In this document: piece after piece, positions 18,985 through 27,239 of the stretch | Position numbering within the stretch: position 1 is the stretch's first letter | Layout of the letters: the number at the start of each line of letters is the position of its first letter | From: Candidatus Uhrbacteria bacterium | GTDB lineage: Bacteria; Patescibacteriota; Patescibacteriia; UBA9934; GWF2-40-263 | DNA length: 64,000 bases | Reading direction: 5' to 3' | NCBI GenBank assembly: GCA_013204385.1 | Contig: JABMNY010000003.1 | Span: 14,270-78,269 of the forward strand | Made by a program: the position numbers and the translations under genes | The notes under the pieces: model-generated | Databases searched by the model: none | What the model saw: the letters and a program-made list of their open reading frames with translations, nothing else | What the model was told of the DNA's origin: nothing

Positions 18985-20406
18985 ATGCCCCAAAATACCG
19001 AGATCGATCAATTTCTCACGAGACCGCTTCACAAAGCGTTTCTTGTTCCAGAAGTCTATGGACTTGAACAAAGAGAAGCTCTCATCACAGCTGGATTCAA
19101 AACCAGCTTGAAGACTGCGCGCAGTGGTCACTTCGCTTTTCGTGCACTGTGCATTTACATCGGTCGTCGAGGAAACGCACGACTGCAACGATTGCAATCA
19201 GCCATCAAGATCATATTCGACTCGACCGATAAGCTCGCAAGCTTTGAAGGACGCATCGTTGATCAGATTCTGCCCATCATCGCTCCGAGCGATGTTACGG
19301 TCCATATTGATCAGACACAACGAAATGATTCGACTGGAAACGATCCGACGGAAAAAGCGCTAAACGCTTATCTTCCGATCCTGACACGATTGGCTCAGAT
19401 TTCCGGGCTCAGTGTGGAATTCCATGTTCCACAAAAAGAACGGCTTCACTCACCCCATGCATCCGACGGTGTGATCCATATCTACGCCAACGCCTGCCCA
19501 CCTGGAGAATATCAATCTTGGTATGTCGATACGGCATTTGGACTCACGATTGCTCCTGCATCAAAAGACCGGCCTGTCGGCTATGGCCCAACACAAGGAA
19601 GAGGAATTGTTCTGAAGGATGCAGATGAAAAAAATCTTGTTCAAATTCTCGAAGACACTTGGTACCTTCTCATTCCAACGCTTGGAATCTTCAATCCTTT
19701 GACGAGTGTCCAGATCTTCGAGCAATTGCTCGCGCTCGGTTGGGATGCGAAGCGCACGGGAAAGCCTACTGCCCAAAAACCTCTTCCGTGCACGAAATTT
19801 CTCCGAAAAGCTCGTACATGGATCGAACCGTTTGCGGATGGCGCTACGGAAAATGCACGCAACTGCGAAGAAGAGATCAAGCGATTGCATGCAAGGCTCG
19901 CAGAGAAAACGCGCGAACTCGTTCTCTGGAGAGGTATGGAAGAAGCTCTGAAAAAGACATCGTATTCTCGCGCAACCAAAAAACGGCTTCCAAAGGATCT
20001 TCAGATCATTCTCAATCTTCCGGATGTTGATCGCCTGGAACTCTTCGAGGATGCCATGCATGTGTGGACACGTCCTCTTGTCATCATTCATGAACTCGAG
20101 GCGTATCTCGCAGGAACTTTTGTTATTCGTCTCAACAAGGAAGGTGGTGTAACCGTGTGGAGTGAAGACTCCACCCATCCAGACGGGGTTCCTCATCCGC
20201 ATATCGCCAAGCATGGCGGTCCTTGCTTTGGAAACGCTGGAACAGCCATAGCTAAAGCTGGAGGAGAGGCGCGTTACGCAGATGCTGTAAAGCATGTCCT
20301 CACCTGGCTGATACTTGGTTACACACCAAATCTGGCAACAGTGAAAATTGAAGCATGGCCGAAAGTCCCAAGCATGGAGAACTCCGATGCAACCTCCCCC
20401 TCCTGA
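18985..20406 (+). CDS. Unknown N-terminal domain, coiled coil and putative prokaryotic E2-like (UBC-fold) C-terminal domain
   Basis: SD GGAG before ATG 18985; heptads ARNCEEEIKRLHARLAEKTRELVLW; GTFVIRL...PHPHIAKHGGPCFGN resembles the E2 HPNI-G-IC active-site motif; lies directly upstream of E1 and Ubl genes. Confidence 0.6.
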   Translation: MPQNTEIDQFLTRPLHKAFLVPEVYGLEQREALITAGFKTSLKTARSGHFAFRALCIYIGRRGNARLQRLQSAIKIIFDSTDKLASFEGRIVDQILPIIAPSDVTVHIDQTQRNDSTGNDPTEKALNAYLPILTRLAQISGLSVEFHVPQKERLHSPHASDGVIHIYANACPPGEYQSWYVDTAFGLTIAPASKDRPVGYGPTQGRGIVLKDADEKNLVQILEDTWYLLIPTLGIFNPLTSVQIFEQLLALGWDAKRTGKPTAQKPLPCTKFLRKARTWIEPFADGATENARNCEEEIKRLHARLAEKTRELVLWRGMEEALKKTSYSRATKKRLPKDLQIILNLPDVDRLELFEDAMHVWTRPLVIIHELEAYLAGTFVIRLNKEGGVTVWSEDSTHPDGVPHPHIAKHGGPCFGNAGTAIAKAGGEARYADAVKHVLTWLILGYTPNLATVKIEAWPKVPSMENSDATSPS

Positions 20407-21052
20407 CCGTTCCATGAACTTTGATCAACAAGATGAGCTCTTTGATCCCGCACTTGCACGACCTGTTACCGTCATTGGTGCAGGGTCTGTTGGTGGTGAA
20501 GTGGTGGTCAAACTCTCTCAAATCGGAGCAGTGAATATCCAAGTTTGGGACAATGATGATGTAGCTTCACACAATATTCCTATGAGCGTCTATCGGATCA
20601 AGGACCTCGGTCGTTATAAAGTCGATGCTCTCAAGGAGATTGTAAGAGAAAAAAGTGGAATAGAGATCAGAACTCACCTGAAAAATTGGACGAGACAGCC
20701 CCTCAGGGATTCCGTCATTTGTTGTGTTGATTCCATGGATGTTCGTTGCGATGTCTGGGGGATCGTACGAGACAATCCACTCATCGATGTCTTCATTGAC
20801 ACACGGATCGCAAAAGAATTCGTCGTGGTCTATGCCATCAACCCCACAGACCCAGTACAGATCGCGTTTTACGAATCGCGATTGTACTCCTCAAGCGAAG
20901 CGGTAACGCCAACATGTGGAGACCATGGCATAACCTATGTCAGTAGTATCGCCGCCAGTGCAGCTATTGCACGATTGACGAATTCGTGGAAAGGCGGTAC
21001 AAATTCCCCACTATTTGAGATGTTGGTGGGTAACCTCCTTCAAATCACCTAG
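20387..21052 (+). CDS. E1/ThiF-family adenylating enzyme
   Basis: VTVIGAGSVG (GxGxxG), VWDNDDVASHN, KVDALK, CCVDSMDVR, FIDTR, candidate catalytic Cys in TPTCG; start 20387 or 20414. Confidence 0.88.
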   Translation: MQPPPPDRSMNFDQQDELFDPALARPVTVIGAGSVGGEVVVKLSQIGAVNIQVWDNDDVASHNIPMSVYRIKDLGRYKVDALKEIVREKSGIEIRTHLKNWTRQPLRDSVICCVDSMDVRCDVWGIVRDNPLIDVFIDTRIAKEFVVVYAINPTDPVQIAFYESRLYSSSEAVTPTCGDHGITYVSSIAASAAIARLTNSWKGGTNSPLFEMLVGNLLQIT

Positions 21053-21090
21053 TTCATCATGAATCGATCAAAAAGTTGCAAGGAGCCCTA

Positions 21091-21339
21091 ATGTCAGCCA
21101 CAGTCACCGTACGAGTGGTTCCGCTAAGCGGAACCCCGACCGAAGTCACCGTACCATTCAAGAAGGGAATGACCGTCAATTCGGCGCTCACCGCCGCGGG
21201 GGTCTCGAGCGACAAGCGCGACCTCTCTGTCGAAGCGGCTCCGGGCCAGACCCTCAAGTCGGGTCAGACCGTCGTCGTCACGGATAAGGTCAAGGCCGGC
21301 GGGCAGGTCACTGTCCGCGAACGTCCACAGGGGTCCTGA
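21091..21339 (+). CDS. Ubiquitin-like (beta-grasp) protein, 82 aa, C-terminus RPQGS
   Basis: SD AAGGAG; beta-beta-alpha-beta pattern VTVRVVP...TEVTV...GMTVNSALTAAG...VKAGGQVTVRER; directly after E1. Confidence 0.7.
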   Translation: MSATVTVRVVPLSGTPTEVTVPFKKGMTVNSALTAAGVSSDKRDLSVEAAPGQTLKSGQTVVVTDKVKAGGQVTVRERPQGS

Positions 21340-21382
21340 CCCTACAACAACAAGAGTGCCGTCTCCGACACTCCGCTACGCC

Positions 21383-21415
21383 CCGACCCCTCATTGAGCG
21401 GTCGGTTTTATTTTT
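21383..21415 (+). terminator. Intrinsic terminator of the E2-E1-Ubl operon
   Basis: ccgacc-cctcattgagc-ggtcgg followed by ttttattttt. Confidence 0.7.
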
Positions 21416-21419
21416 CCTT

Positions 21420-21451
21420 ATTTGTCGGCGGCTCAGCCCCCGACCTGGTTG
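21420..21451 (+). repeat. 32-bp REP-like hairpin, copy 1
   Basis: atttgtcggcggctcagcccccgacctggttg is the exact reverse complement of 35405-35436. Confidence 0.85.
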
Positions 21452-21464
21452 GCTAAAACGTGTG

Positions 21465-22610
21465 TCATGGAAGATAGTTTGCGGGCTCGTACACATTTCG
21501 GGCATTCCACAGAATCCACCCACTTGCCCCGGCGTCACGTGCCGCTTGGATCTGTGCCTCGATCAATGTACTTGTGTACACTGCGCCAATGTCAAAATCT
21601 TGAAGCCATGGTCGCCAATGCGATCGCAGCTCCTCTTCGGTTCCCGAATACATTCCAAGCATCAAGTGTGTTCCTGAATCCAATGCCATTTTCACGATCT
21701 CATACGGATACAAAGCTGGATTTCCAAGTCCTTTAAATCCGTCTGGATAATGCGAGGGATACACCATGGGTGAAACCCAATCAGCAAAGGGAAAGACATC
21801 CGCTAAACGCTGACCGATATTATAATCATGATGGGACTCAAACGTCATGCCAAACACATCAAACGAAACAGGAATCCCTTCATCATGCATCGTCCCTCCC
21901 ACGGTTTGAAAAAATCTCTGCATCACTTCCACTTTTGTCTCGCGGTGATCATACACAGGATAGACAGTCGCGTTCACGGCGCCATCTGAAGCAAATCGCA
22001 CATAGTCATACTGAATCTCATCGAATCCCGCTTCGTAAAATCGTCGACCAAGTTCGATAGCGTAGTCTGAGACTTCTTGTGCGGAAGGATCCACCCAAAC
22101 CGATCCGATCGAATCAGTCCAATACCCTCCTCCTAACGAGCGCAGTGCCACACTTGGATGATCCCAAGCAAATGCTCCATCACGCATCACCGCGATGCGT
22201 GCGATCCGATAGATTCCTGCGTCCGCAAGACGCACCAATACTTCCCTAAAATCCTCGACCTCAAGCAGTTGTCCATTATCCATCTTCACATCAATCACTA
22301 CCGCGTTCAGCCCCGTCTCCAACATGTACTCAATCAATTGATCTGCACGTGCATTCGTTGCTGTCACAGCGGTCCAATAGATTCCACGCACTTCTTCTGG
22401 AAGAAGTACGTGCGAAGTAACTTCAACAGGGAATTCTTCTTCTACTCCCTCTTTTTCCTCAACCAGCAGTTCTTCAGGCTCTGTTTGTATCACGAGCTCA
22501 ACTTCTTTCTTTTGTTCCTGATGCATCAACATCCCGATACCCAACACAATCAAAAGCGCAGAAAACAAAAACACAGGGACGAGAAACTCGACCCTGTGTT
22601 TGGTATCCAT
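21465..22610 (-). CDS. Putative glycoside hydrolase (DUF4015-like TIM barrel)
   Basis: VRGIYWT, NAVVIDVK, GFDEIQYDYVRF, SPMVYPSHY, RPWLQDF motifs. Confidence 0.8.
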   Translation of the reverse strand: MDTKHRVEFLVPVFLFSALLIVLGIGMLMHQEQKKEVELVIQTEPEELLVEEKEGVEEEFPVEVTSHVLLPEEVRGIYWTAVTATNARADQLIEYMLETGLNAVVIDVKMDNGQLLEVEDFREVLVRLADAGIYRIARIAVMRDGAFAWDHPSVALRSLGGGYWTDSIGSVWVDPSAQEVSDYAIELGRRFYEAGFDEIQYDYVRFASDGAVNATVYPVYDHRETKVEVMQRFFQTVGGTMHDEGIPVSFDVFGMTFESHHDYNIGQRLADVFPFADWVSPMVYPSHYPDGFKGLGNPALYPYEIVKMALDSGTHLMLGMYSGTEEELRSHWRPWLQDFDIGAVYTSTLIEAQIQAARDAGASGWILWNARNVYEPANYLP

Positions 22611-22611
22611 A

Positions 22612-23217
22612 TTATTGTGCGCGCTCTTCGACCGTAACGGTTGTCATGACATCTCCGACCATAATGGCATCCACGACATCCATTCCTTCAAGTACACGTC
22701 CAAAAATGGAGTAAGACTTTGGAAGTGGCACATCTCCTAACATGACAAAAAATTGCGAGCCATTTGTACTGGGTCCACGGTTTGCCATGGCGACAATTCC
22801 GCGCTCATACGTGTAATCATCTGTAAGCTCATCAGAGAATTCATAGCCTGGACCACCCGTCCCATTTCCAGCAGGATCTCCTCCTTGAATCACAAACCCC
22901 TCTTCACGTCGATGAAATTTCAGTCCAGTGTAGTATCCTCCTTCCGTTAAATATACAAAGTTAGAAACGGTCATTGGAGCCGTATCTGCAAAGAGTTCAA
23001 AAACGATATCTCCCTTTTCTGTTGAGATACGAATCTGTTTATTGGCAATCTGTTCTTCTGGAAGGGTTCCAGGAAAACTCCACGTTTGAGTTGATGTTTC
23101 GTCTTGCACAGAGTCTGGATAGCTAAAGGTGAGTGAAGATTCTTCTTGGGCAACTGGGGCACACCCAGCCCCCATTAACACGAGCGCGCTCAGAGAAATG
23201 AGTCCTAGATATTTCAT
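22612..23217 (-). CDS. Cyclophilin-type peptidyl-prolyl isomerase (lipoprotein)
   Basis: FHRREEGFVIQGGDP, MANRGPSTNGSQFF; LMGAGC lipobox-like signal. Confidence 0.93.
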   Translation of the reverse strand: MKYLGLISLSALVLMGAGCAPVAQEESSLTFSYPDSVQDETSTQTWSFPGTLPEEQIANKQIRISTEKGDIVFELFADTAPMTVSNFVYLTEGGYYTGLKFHRREEGFVIQGGDPAGNGTGGPGYEFSDELTDDYTYERGIVAMANRGPSTNGSQFFVMLGDVPLPKSYSIFGRVLEGMDVVDAIMVGDVMTTVTVEERAQ

Positions 23218-23693
23218 AGAGTATATCCGCTGATCCAATCTGTAAAACCACTCACAGAAAGAGATGGCATTTCGAAATTTCCGGGGAGTGCTGTTGAGAG
23301 CAAGAGACCAGAGAGAATCGCGATAGAGATAGAGAGGACTCCGATCAACTTATTTACCCCCATTGGCATGTGATCACAATTGCGACACGTTCCAAGAAAA
23401 ACGATTTTATGATGCACTTCTAATTTTGAACGAGATCCTGGTGCAGATTTTTCTATGATAGTCACTACAGGAACGGTCTCTTCTTCCACTTGAAATACCA
23501 GTTCAGGAGTTTTAGCTACGGGAGTTTTTTTTGCAACAGACTTTTTTGCAACAGGTTTCTTTTTTGCTCCTGCTTTTTTTGTTGTTGTTTTCTTGACGGC
23601 TGTTTTCTTTGAAACCGTTTTCTTTTTTGCAACAGGTTTCTTTACCTCCTTTGTGTTTGAAGCAGAGGAGGATGTTTTTGTTTTTGTTGGCAT
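23214..23693 (-). CDS. Lys-rich (histone H1-like repeats) protein with CxxC and TM helix
   Basis: KKPVAKKK/AVKK repeats, CRNC, hydrophobic C-terminal segment. Confidence 0.6.
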   Translation of the reverse strand: MPTKTKTSSSASNTKEVKKPVAKKKTVSKKTAVKKTTTKKAGAKKKPVAKKSVAKKTPVAKTPELVFQVEEETVPVVTIIEKSAPGSRSKLEVHHKIVFLGTCRNCDHMPMGVNKLIGVLSISIAILSGLLLSTALPGNFEMPSLSVSGFTDWISGYTL

Positions 23694-23788
23694 AGACTTC
23701 TCTCCTCACCGCTTGCACGGGAAGAATAAAGAACGTTAAGAAATTTTATTACTCACAGTATAACACACGTAAATACAGGATACCAAAC

Positions 23789-24268
23789 TTACTCAACAAG
23801 AACCCGTTCTCCCAATCCCACAAGAAGATTTCCCGCAAAACTTACCGGAGCAAAAAGTGTTTGTGTCTCAAGTACAAAAGATGTTGGGAGTGCCTCCCAA
23901 GAAAGTGTAGAACGATCAAATTGATAGACCACGACATCTTGAATCATGAGTCCTTCTTCTGTGAATTGATCGAATTCAAATGTGAGCTCCCCCTCCTGAA
24001 GGATCCCTCTCTGTGTAAACGCAAGTTCATACACGGGACTCACTGCGTGTTCAATATCTGTTGTCACTCCATCAAGACGTTCGATCACAATCACTCCTGA
24101 TTCACTTGTGACTCCTTCAAGTGAGACGATCCCGTCTTCTGAGCGTGCCTTTACTTCTTCAGGAGCAGGTCGTAGAAAAAGAAATGTACTTGCAATTAAA
24201 ACAATCGCGACCACCATCGCGACTGAAAAATTTGATTCTTTTTTTGAATTCTTACTTCCCATACCCAT
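23789..24268 (-). CDS. Hypothetical membrane-anchored protein
   Basis: N-terminal TM; co-directional with neighbours. Confidence 0.6.
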   Translation of the reverse strand: MGMGSKNSKKESNFSVAMVVAIVLIASTFLFLRPAPEEVKARSEDGIVSLEGVTSESGVIVIERLDGVTTDIEHAVSPVYELAFTQRGILQEGELTFEFDQFTEEGLMIQDVVVYQFDRSTLSWEALPTSFVLETQTLFAPVSFAGNLLVGLGERVLVE

Positions 24269-24271
24269 TTA

Positions 24272-25321
24272 CTATATCACAAACGTTTCCTCCCACGGGA
24301 ACCCTTCTCGTCCAAAATGTCCGTAGGCAGCGGTTGCTCGATATACAGGCTGAAACAGATTTAACCGCTCTGTAATGGCTTCTGGTCGAAAATCAAATGT
24401 CTGCAAGAGTAGGTTTGTCAGATCTGTCTTGCTTCCTCGAGACTTCACTCCCATCCCAACTGCCTGAACATGCACAGGCTCTGCCCGACCCATCGAATAC
24501 ACAAGTGTAACCATCGCAGAGGCTACCAACCCCTGCTCCACCAAATAACGCGCCGCGTAGCGCGCCATGTACGCACCTGCACGGTCCACCTTACTTGGAT
24601 CCTTTCCAGAAAGAGATCTGTCTCCTTGTGGAATGAGCCCCCCATAGGTATCAACGGTAAGTTTGCGTCCAGACGCTCCTGAATCTGCACGGAATCCTGC
24701 ATCAATAAAAGATCCAATCGGATTGATAAAAATTTGCACGCCATCTTCTCCTACAATCGGAATCAAGAGACGCTCGAGCAACGCAGTCTTTACCTCTTTT
24801 TCTTCTATGCTCACTTGATGCGACGCAAGAACCGTCACAGAACTCACCTGTGCCCCATCCATGGTCAACTGAATTTTTCCGTCTGGTTTGAGCCAAGAAA
24901 ACATCGGATCACTTTTGCGTAGATCGTCCAGTCGTCTGGCAAGATTCTGTGCGTATACGACAGCGCGTGGCATGAGCTCGCGTGTTTCATTTGTGGCATA
25001 CCCGTTTACAACCATGTTGTCCGTCACGCCATTTGAGACGCGCTTCATTTCATCAGATTGCGTTTCGATATTCACGAACACTTCAATATCATCCTTATAC
25101 CCAATCTCTGCGTACACCTGGCGAGCAAGTGCTCCGATATCAAAGTCAGCCGTACTCGTCACCTCTCCACCAACCATCACCATCCCATGACTTCCTAATA
25201 CATTTACGTCCACGCGTGCCTGCGCGTCACGACGTAAATATTCATCCACAATGGCGTCTGCGATTTGATCACAGACTTTATCAGGCTGACCTTGAGTGAC
25301 AGATTCGACCGTTTTTTTCAT
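24272..25321 (-). CDS. metK: S-adenosylmethionine synthetase homologue (divergent active site)
   Basis: ESVTQGQPDK, GYATNET, PDGK, GRKLTVDTYGG, SGKDPSKVDR, YGHFGR motifs. Confidence 0.85.
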   Translation of the reverse strand: MKKTVESVTQGQPDKVCDQIADAIVDEYLRRDAQARVDVNVLGSHGMVMVGGEVTSTADFDIGALARQVYAEIGYKDDIEVFVNIETQSDEMKRVSNGVTDNMVVNGYATNETRELMPRAVVYAQNLARRLDDLRKSDPMFSWLKPDGKIQLTMDGAQVSSVTVLASHQVSIEEKEVKTALLERLLIPIVGEDGVQIFINPIGSFIDAGFRADSGASGRKLTVDTYGGLIPQGDRSLSGKDPSKVDRAGAYMARYAARYLVEQGLVASAMVTLVYSMGRAEPVHVQAVGMGVKSRGSKTDLTNLLLQTFDFRPEAITERLNLFQPVYRATAAYGHFGREGFPWEETFVI

Positions 25322-25459
25322 ACGCAATGTTGCCTCAGGTTAACAAAATTTTGACCGCTTGTCATCGCATAGAGTGGGGATGAGTTCGGGATAATTGCCT
25401 GAACCCTTGATCTTTTTGTATTTCTAAGCTATGTTCTAGCGTTCTTTGGAGGATGGAAC

Positions 25460-26008
25460 ATGTTAGACACAGGAACTCTGCGACTTAAATTCATCGCTCT
25501 CATCAACCGAGGGTCTGATGGACTCGACTTGGGTGCAGGTGATGGCCGTTGGGCATTCGTCGCCTCAAGTAAACAAGCTCGTGTCACAGCCATTGACCGC
25601 CAACCATCACCAGATTCGCTTCCAATCGGAATGCGATGGATTCAAGCAGATGTGTGTAATGGTCTCTCAAGCTTCTTGGAATCAAACCATTCAGGTTTTG
25701 ACTTCATGATGTGCTGGAACCTCATTCAGTTCCTTCCCCACGACTACGTGACAGACAATCTGCTTCCAAGCCTCGCTCAGTACGCACGACCCAACTGTGT
25801 GCTGGGTCTACGGACATTCTGGCGCAACCCAATTCCCGGTTTTGCAAATCCTGTCCCCTCACTCTATAGAACCAATGAACTTGTCAGGAGTCTGAAGGGT
25901 TGGGACATCATTCACAAGGAAGAAATCGAAGGTGATGGCCCAAGTCTCGATGGGACAACCATGCGTCACTGGTATTTCACCGACATCATCGCTCGCTTCC
26001 CCTCATAG
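25460..26008 (+). CDS. Class I SAM-dependent methyltransferase
   Basis: LDLGAGDGR motif I, VTAID, IQADV; SD GGAGG; TTGATC-17-TATGTT promoter. Confidence 0.8.
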   Translation: MLDTGTLRLKFIALINRGSDGLDLGAGDGRWAFVASSKQARVTAIDRQPSPDSLPIGMRWIQADVCNGLSSFLESNHSGFDFMMCWNLIQFLPHDYVTDNLLPSLAQYARPNCVLGLRTFWRNPIPGFANPVPSLYRTNELVRSLKGWDIIHKEEIEGDGPSLDGTTMRHWYFTDIIARFPS

Positions 26009-26118
26009 AGATACTCTCCTCTCACACCTACCACTTGGTAGGTTTTTATATTGACAATCTCCTTCAAAATGTGTACCGTCAGCCTCCACTCCCTCCCCCA
26101 TCCTTATGGAGTTGAAAC

Positions 26119-26943
26119 ATGTTTGCTCTTCTCACACTTGCTTCACGAGCTGCTCAGATGGGTGGAAGATCTCTTGTAGACTTCCGTACGCGTGGTCTCT
26201 CCCTAGAGACCACGAAAAAGCCTGATGGCACGCTCGTCACAGAGGCAGACGCTCGAGCGTCTCGAATCATTCAACGGGTCTTGAAGGCTGGCGATCCTTA
26301 TGCATTCATCCTTGATGAGGAGGCTGTAAACACACATGACCTCGAGCGCCCTAAGTACTTCTGGATCGTGGATCCACTCGATGGAACAAGTGCGTTTATC
26401 GAAGGAGCCGACACCTTCTGTACAATGATCGCACGCATGCAAGGGAATATCCCTGTATTGGGAGTGATCTACTTCCCTGTGAGCAACACGCTCTTCTGGG
26501 GTGGGTACCGACAAGGTGCGTGGATGAAAGTCGGTGATCAACCAGCGAGAGAACTTTCTGGTCGACGCATCCAGCTCATGGAGCAGGTGCGTATGACCAC
26601 CCCCACAAAAGTTGTGACGCGCGCCCTTTTCATGCGCATCGCTCAATCGCTCAATGTTCAAGCGGTTGAGATCGACCAACCGTCTGGTGGTCTCTATACC
26701 GGCATACTCAACAATGGACATGACCTTGTTATCACTCGACCTGGTAGACCAGCCGTCTGGGATACCGCTGCAGGCCACGCCATCCTCCTTGCTGCTGGCG
26801 GGAAGATCGTCGATTTGCATGGCGACCCACTCAACTACCAAGAAGGCACTCACTTGAAATACGGATCCGTCGCCGTGATCGATCCGAGTCTTCTTCCTGT
26901 GATCCTGCACCAACTTCCTCCTCGCAACGAACTCATCCCTTGA
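26119..26943 (+). CDS. Inositol monophosphatase/CysQ-family phosphatase
   Basis: VTEAD, DEE, WIVDPLDGT, WDTAAGHAILLAAGG motifs; TTGACA-17-TACCGT promoter at 26051-26079. Confidence 0.9.
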   Translation: MFALLTLASRAAQMGGRSLVDFRTRGLSLETTKKPDGTLVTEADARASRIIQRVLKAGDPYAFILDEEAVNTHDLERPKYFWIVDPLDGTSAFIEGADTFCTMIARMQGNIPVLGVIYFPVSNTLFWGGYRQGAWMKVGDQPARELSGRRIQLMEQVRMTTPTKVVTRALFMRIAQSLNVQAVEIDQPSGGLYTGILNNGHDLVITRPGRPAVWDTAAGHAILLAAGGKIVDLHGDPLNYQEGTHLKYGSVAVIDPSLLPVILHQLPPRNELIP

Positions 26944-27042
26944 TGAAACGCTCGCTCAGCCCACTTGGACTGAGCGTTTTTTATTATCCATCTTTGTCTC
27001 CCAACAACGATACAAAACGTGTGTGTGAAATTTTGGAGAAAT

Positions 27043-27083
27043 GGTGGTGGTCAAGGTATTGCAAGACTTGGCCTGGCTCCACC
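27043..27083. repeat. 41-bp hairpin core, copy 1
   Basis: 35/41 identical to 27149-27189. Confidence 0.75.
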
Positions 27084-27115
27084 ATTCGTCAGTAAATTCT
27101 CTCTCTTCTAGCAAC

Positions 27116-27222
27116 ACTCAACAGGGTGGAAATAAATTTAGGTGTGCCGGTGGTAGTCAAGATATTGTAAGACTTGGCCCGGTTCCGCCGAAGCACCTCA
27201 ATTTATTTCCACCCTGTTGAGT
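27116..27222. repeat. 107-bp palindromic element with 29-bp terminal inverted repeats around core copy 2
   Basis: actcaacagggtggaaataaatttaggtg ... cacctcaatttatttccaccctgttgagt (28/29 match). Confidence 0.8.
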
Positions 27223-27239
27223 TATCCCCACCCCACCCC

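Noticed and set aside
19561-20415. 284-aa minus-strand ORF and other overlapping ORFs within the E2-like gene
   Set aside because: Shadow frames with no motifs or expression signals
20387-21339. ThiF/ThiS or MoeB/MoaD sulfur-transfer pair
   Set aside because: No thi/moa genes nearby, the Ubl lacks a terminal GG, the E1 lacks CxxC zinc motifs, and an E2-like gene is co-transcribed; not formally excluded
26024-26980. Shared CCACTTGG in the terminators of the methyltransferase and IMPase genes
   Set aside because: Only 8 bp shared; could be chance
27222-27230. DnaA-box-like TTATCCCCA (oriC candidate)
   Set aside because: Single mismatched box, no cluster, no dnaA or dnaN nearby
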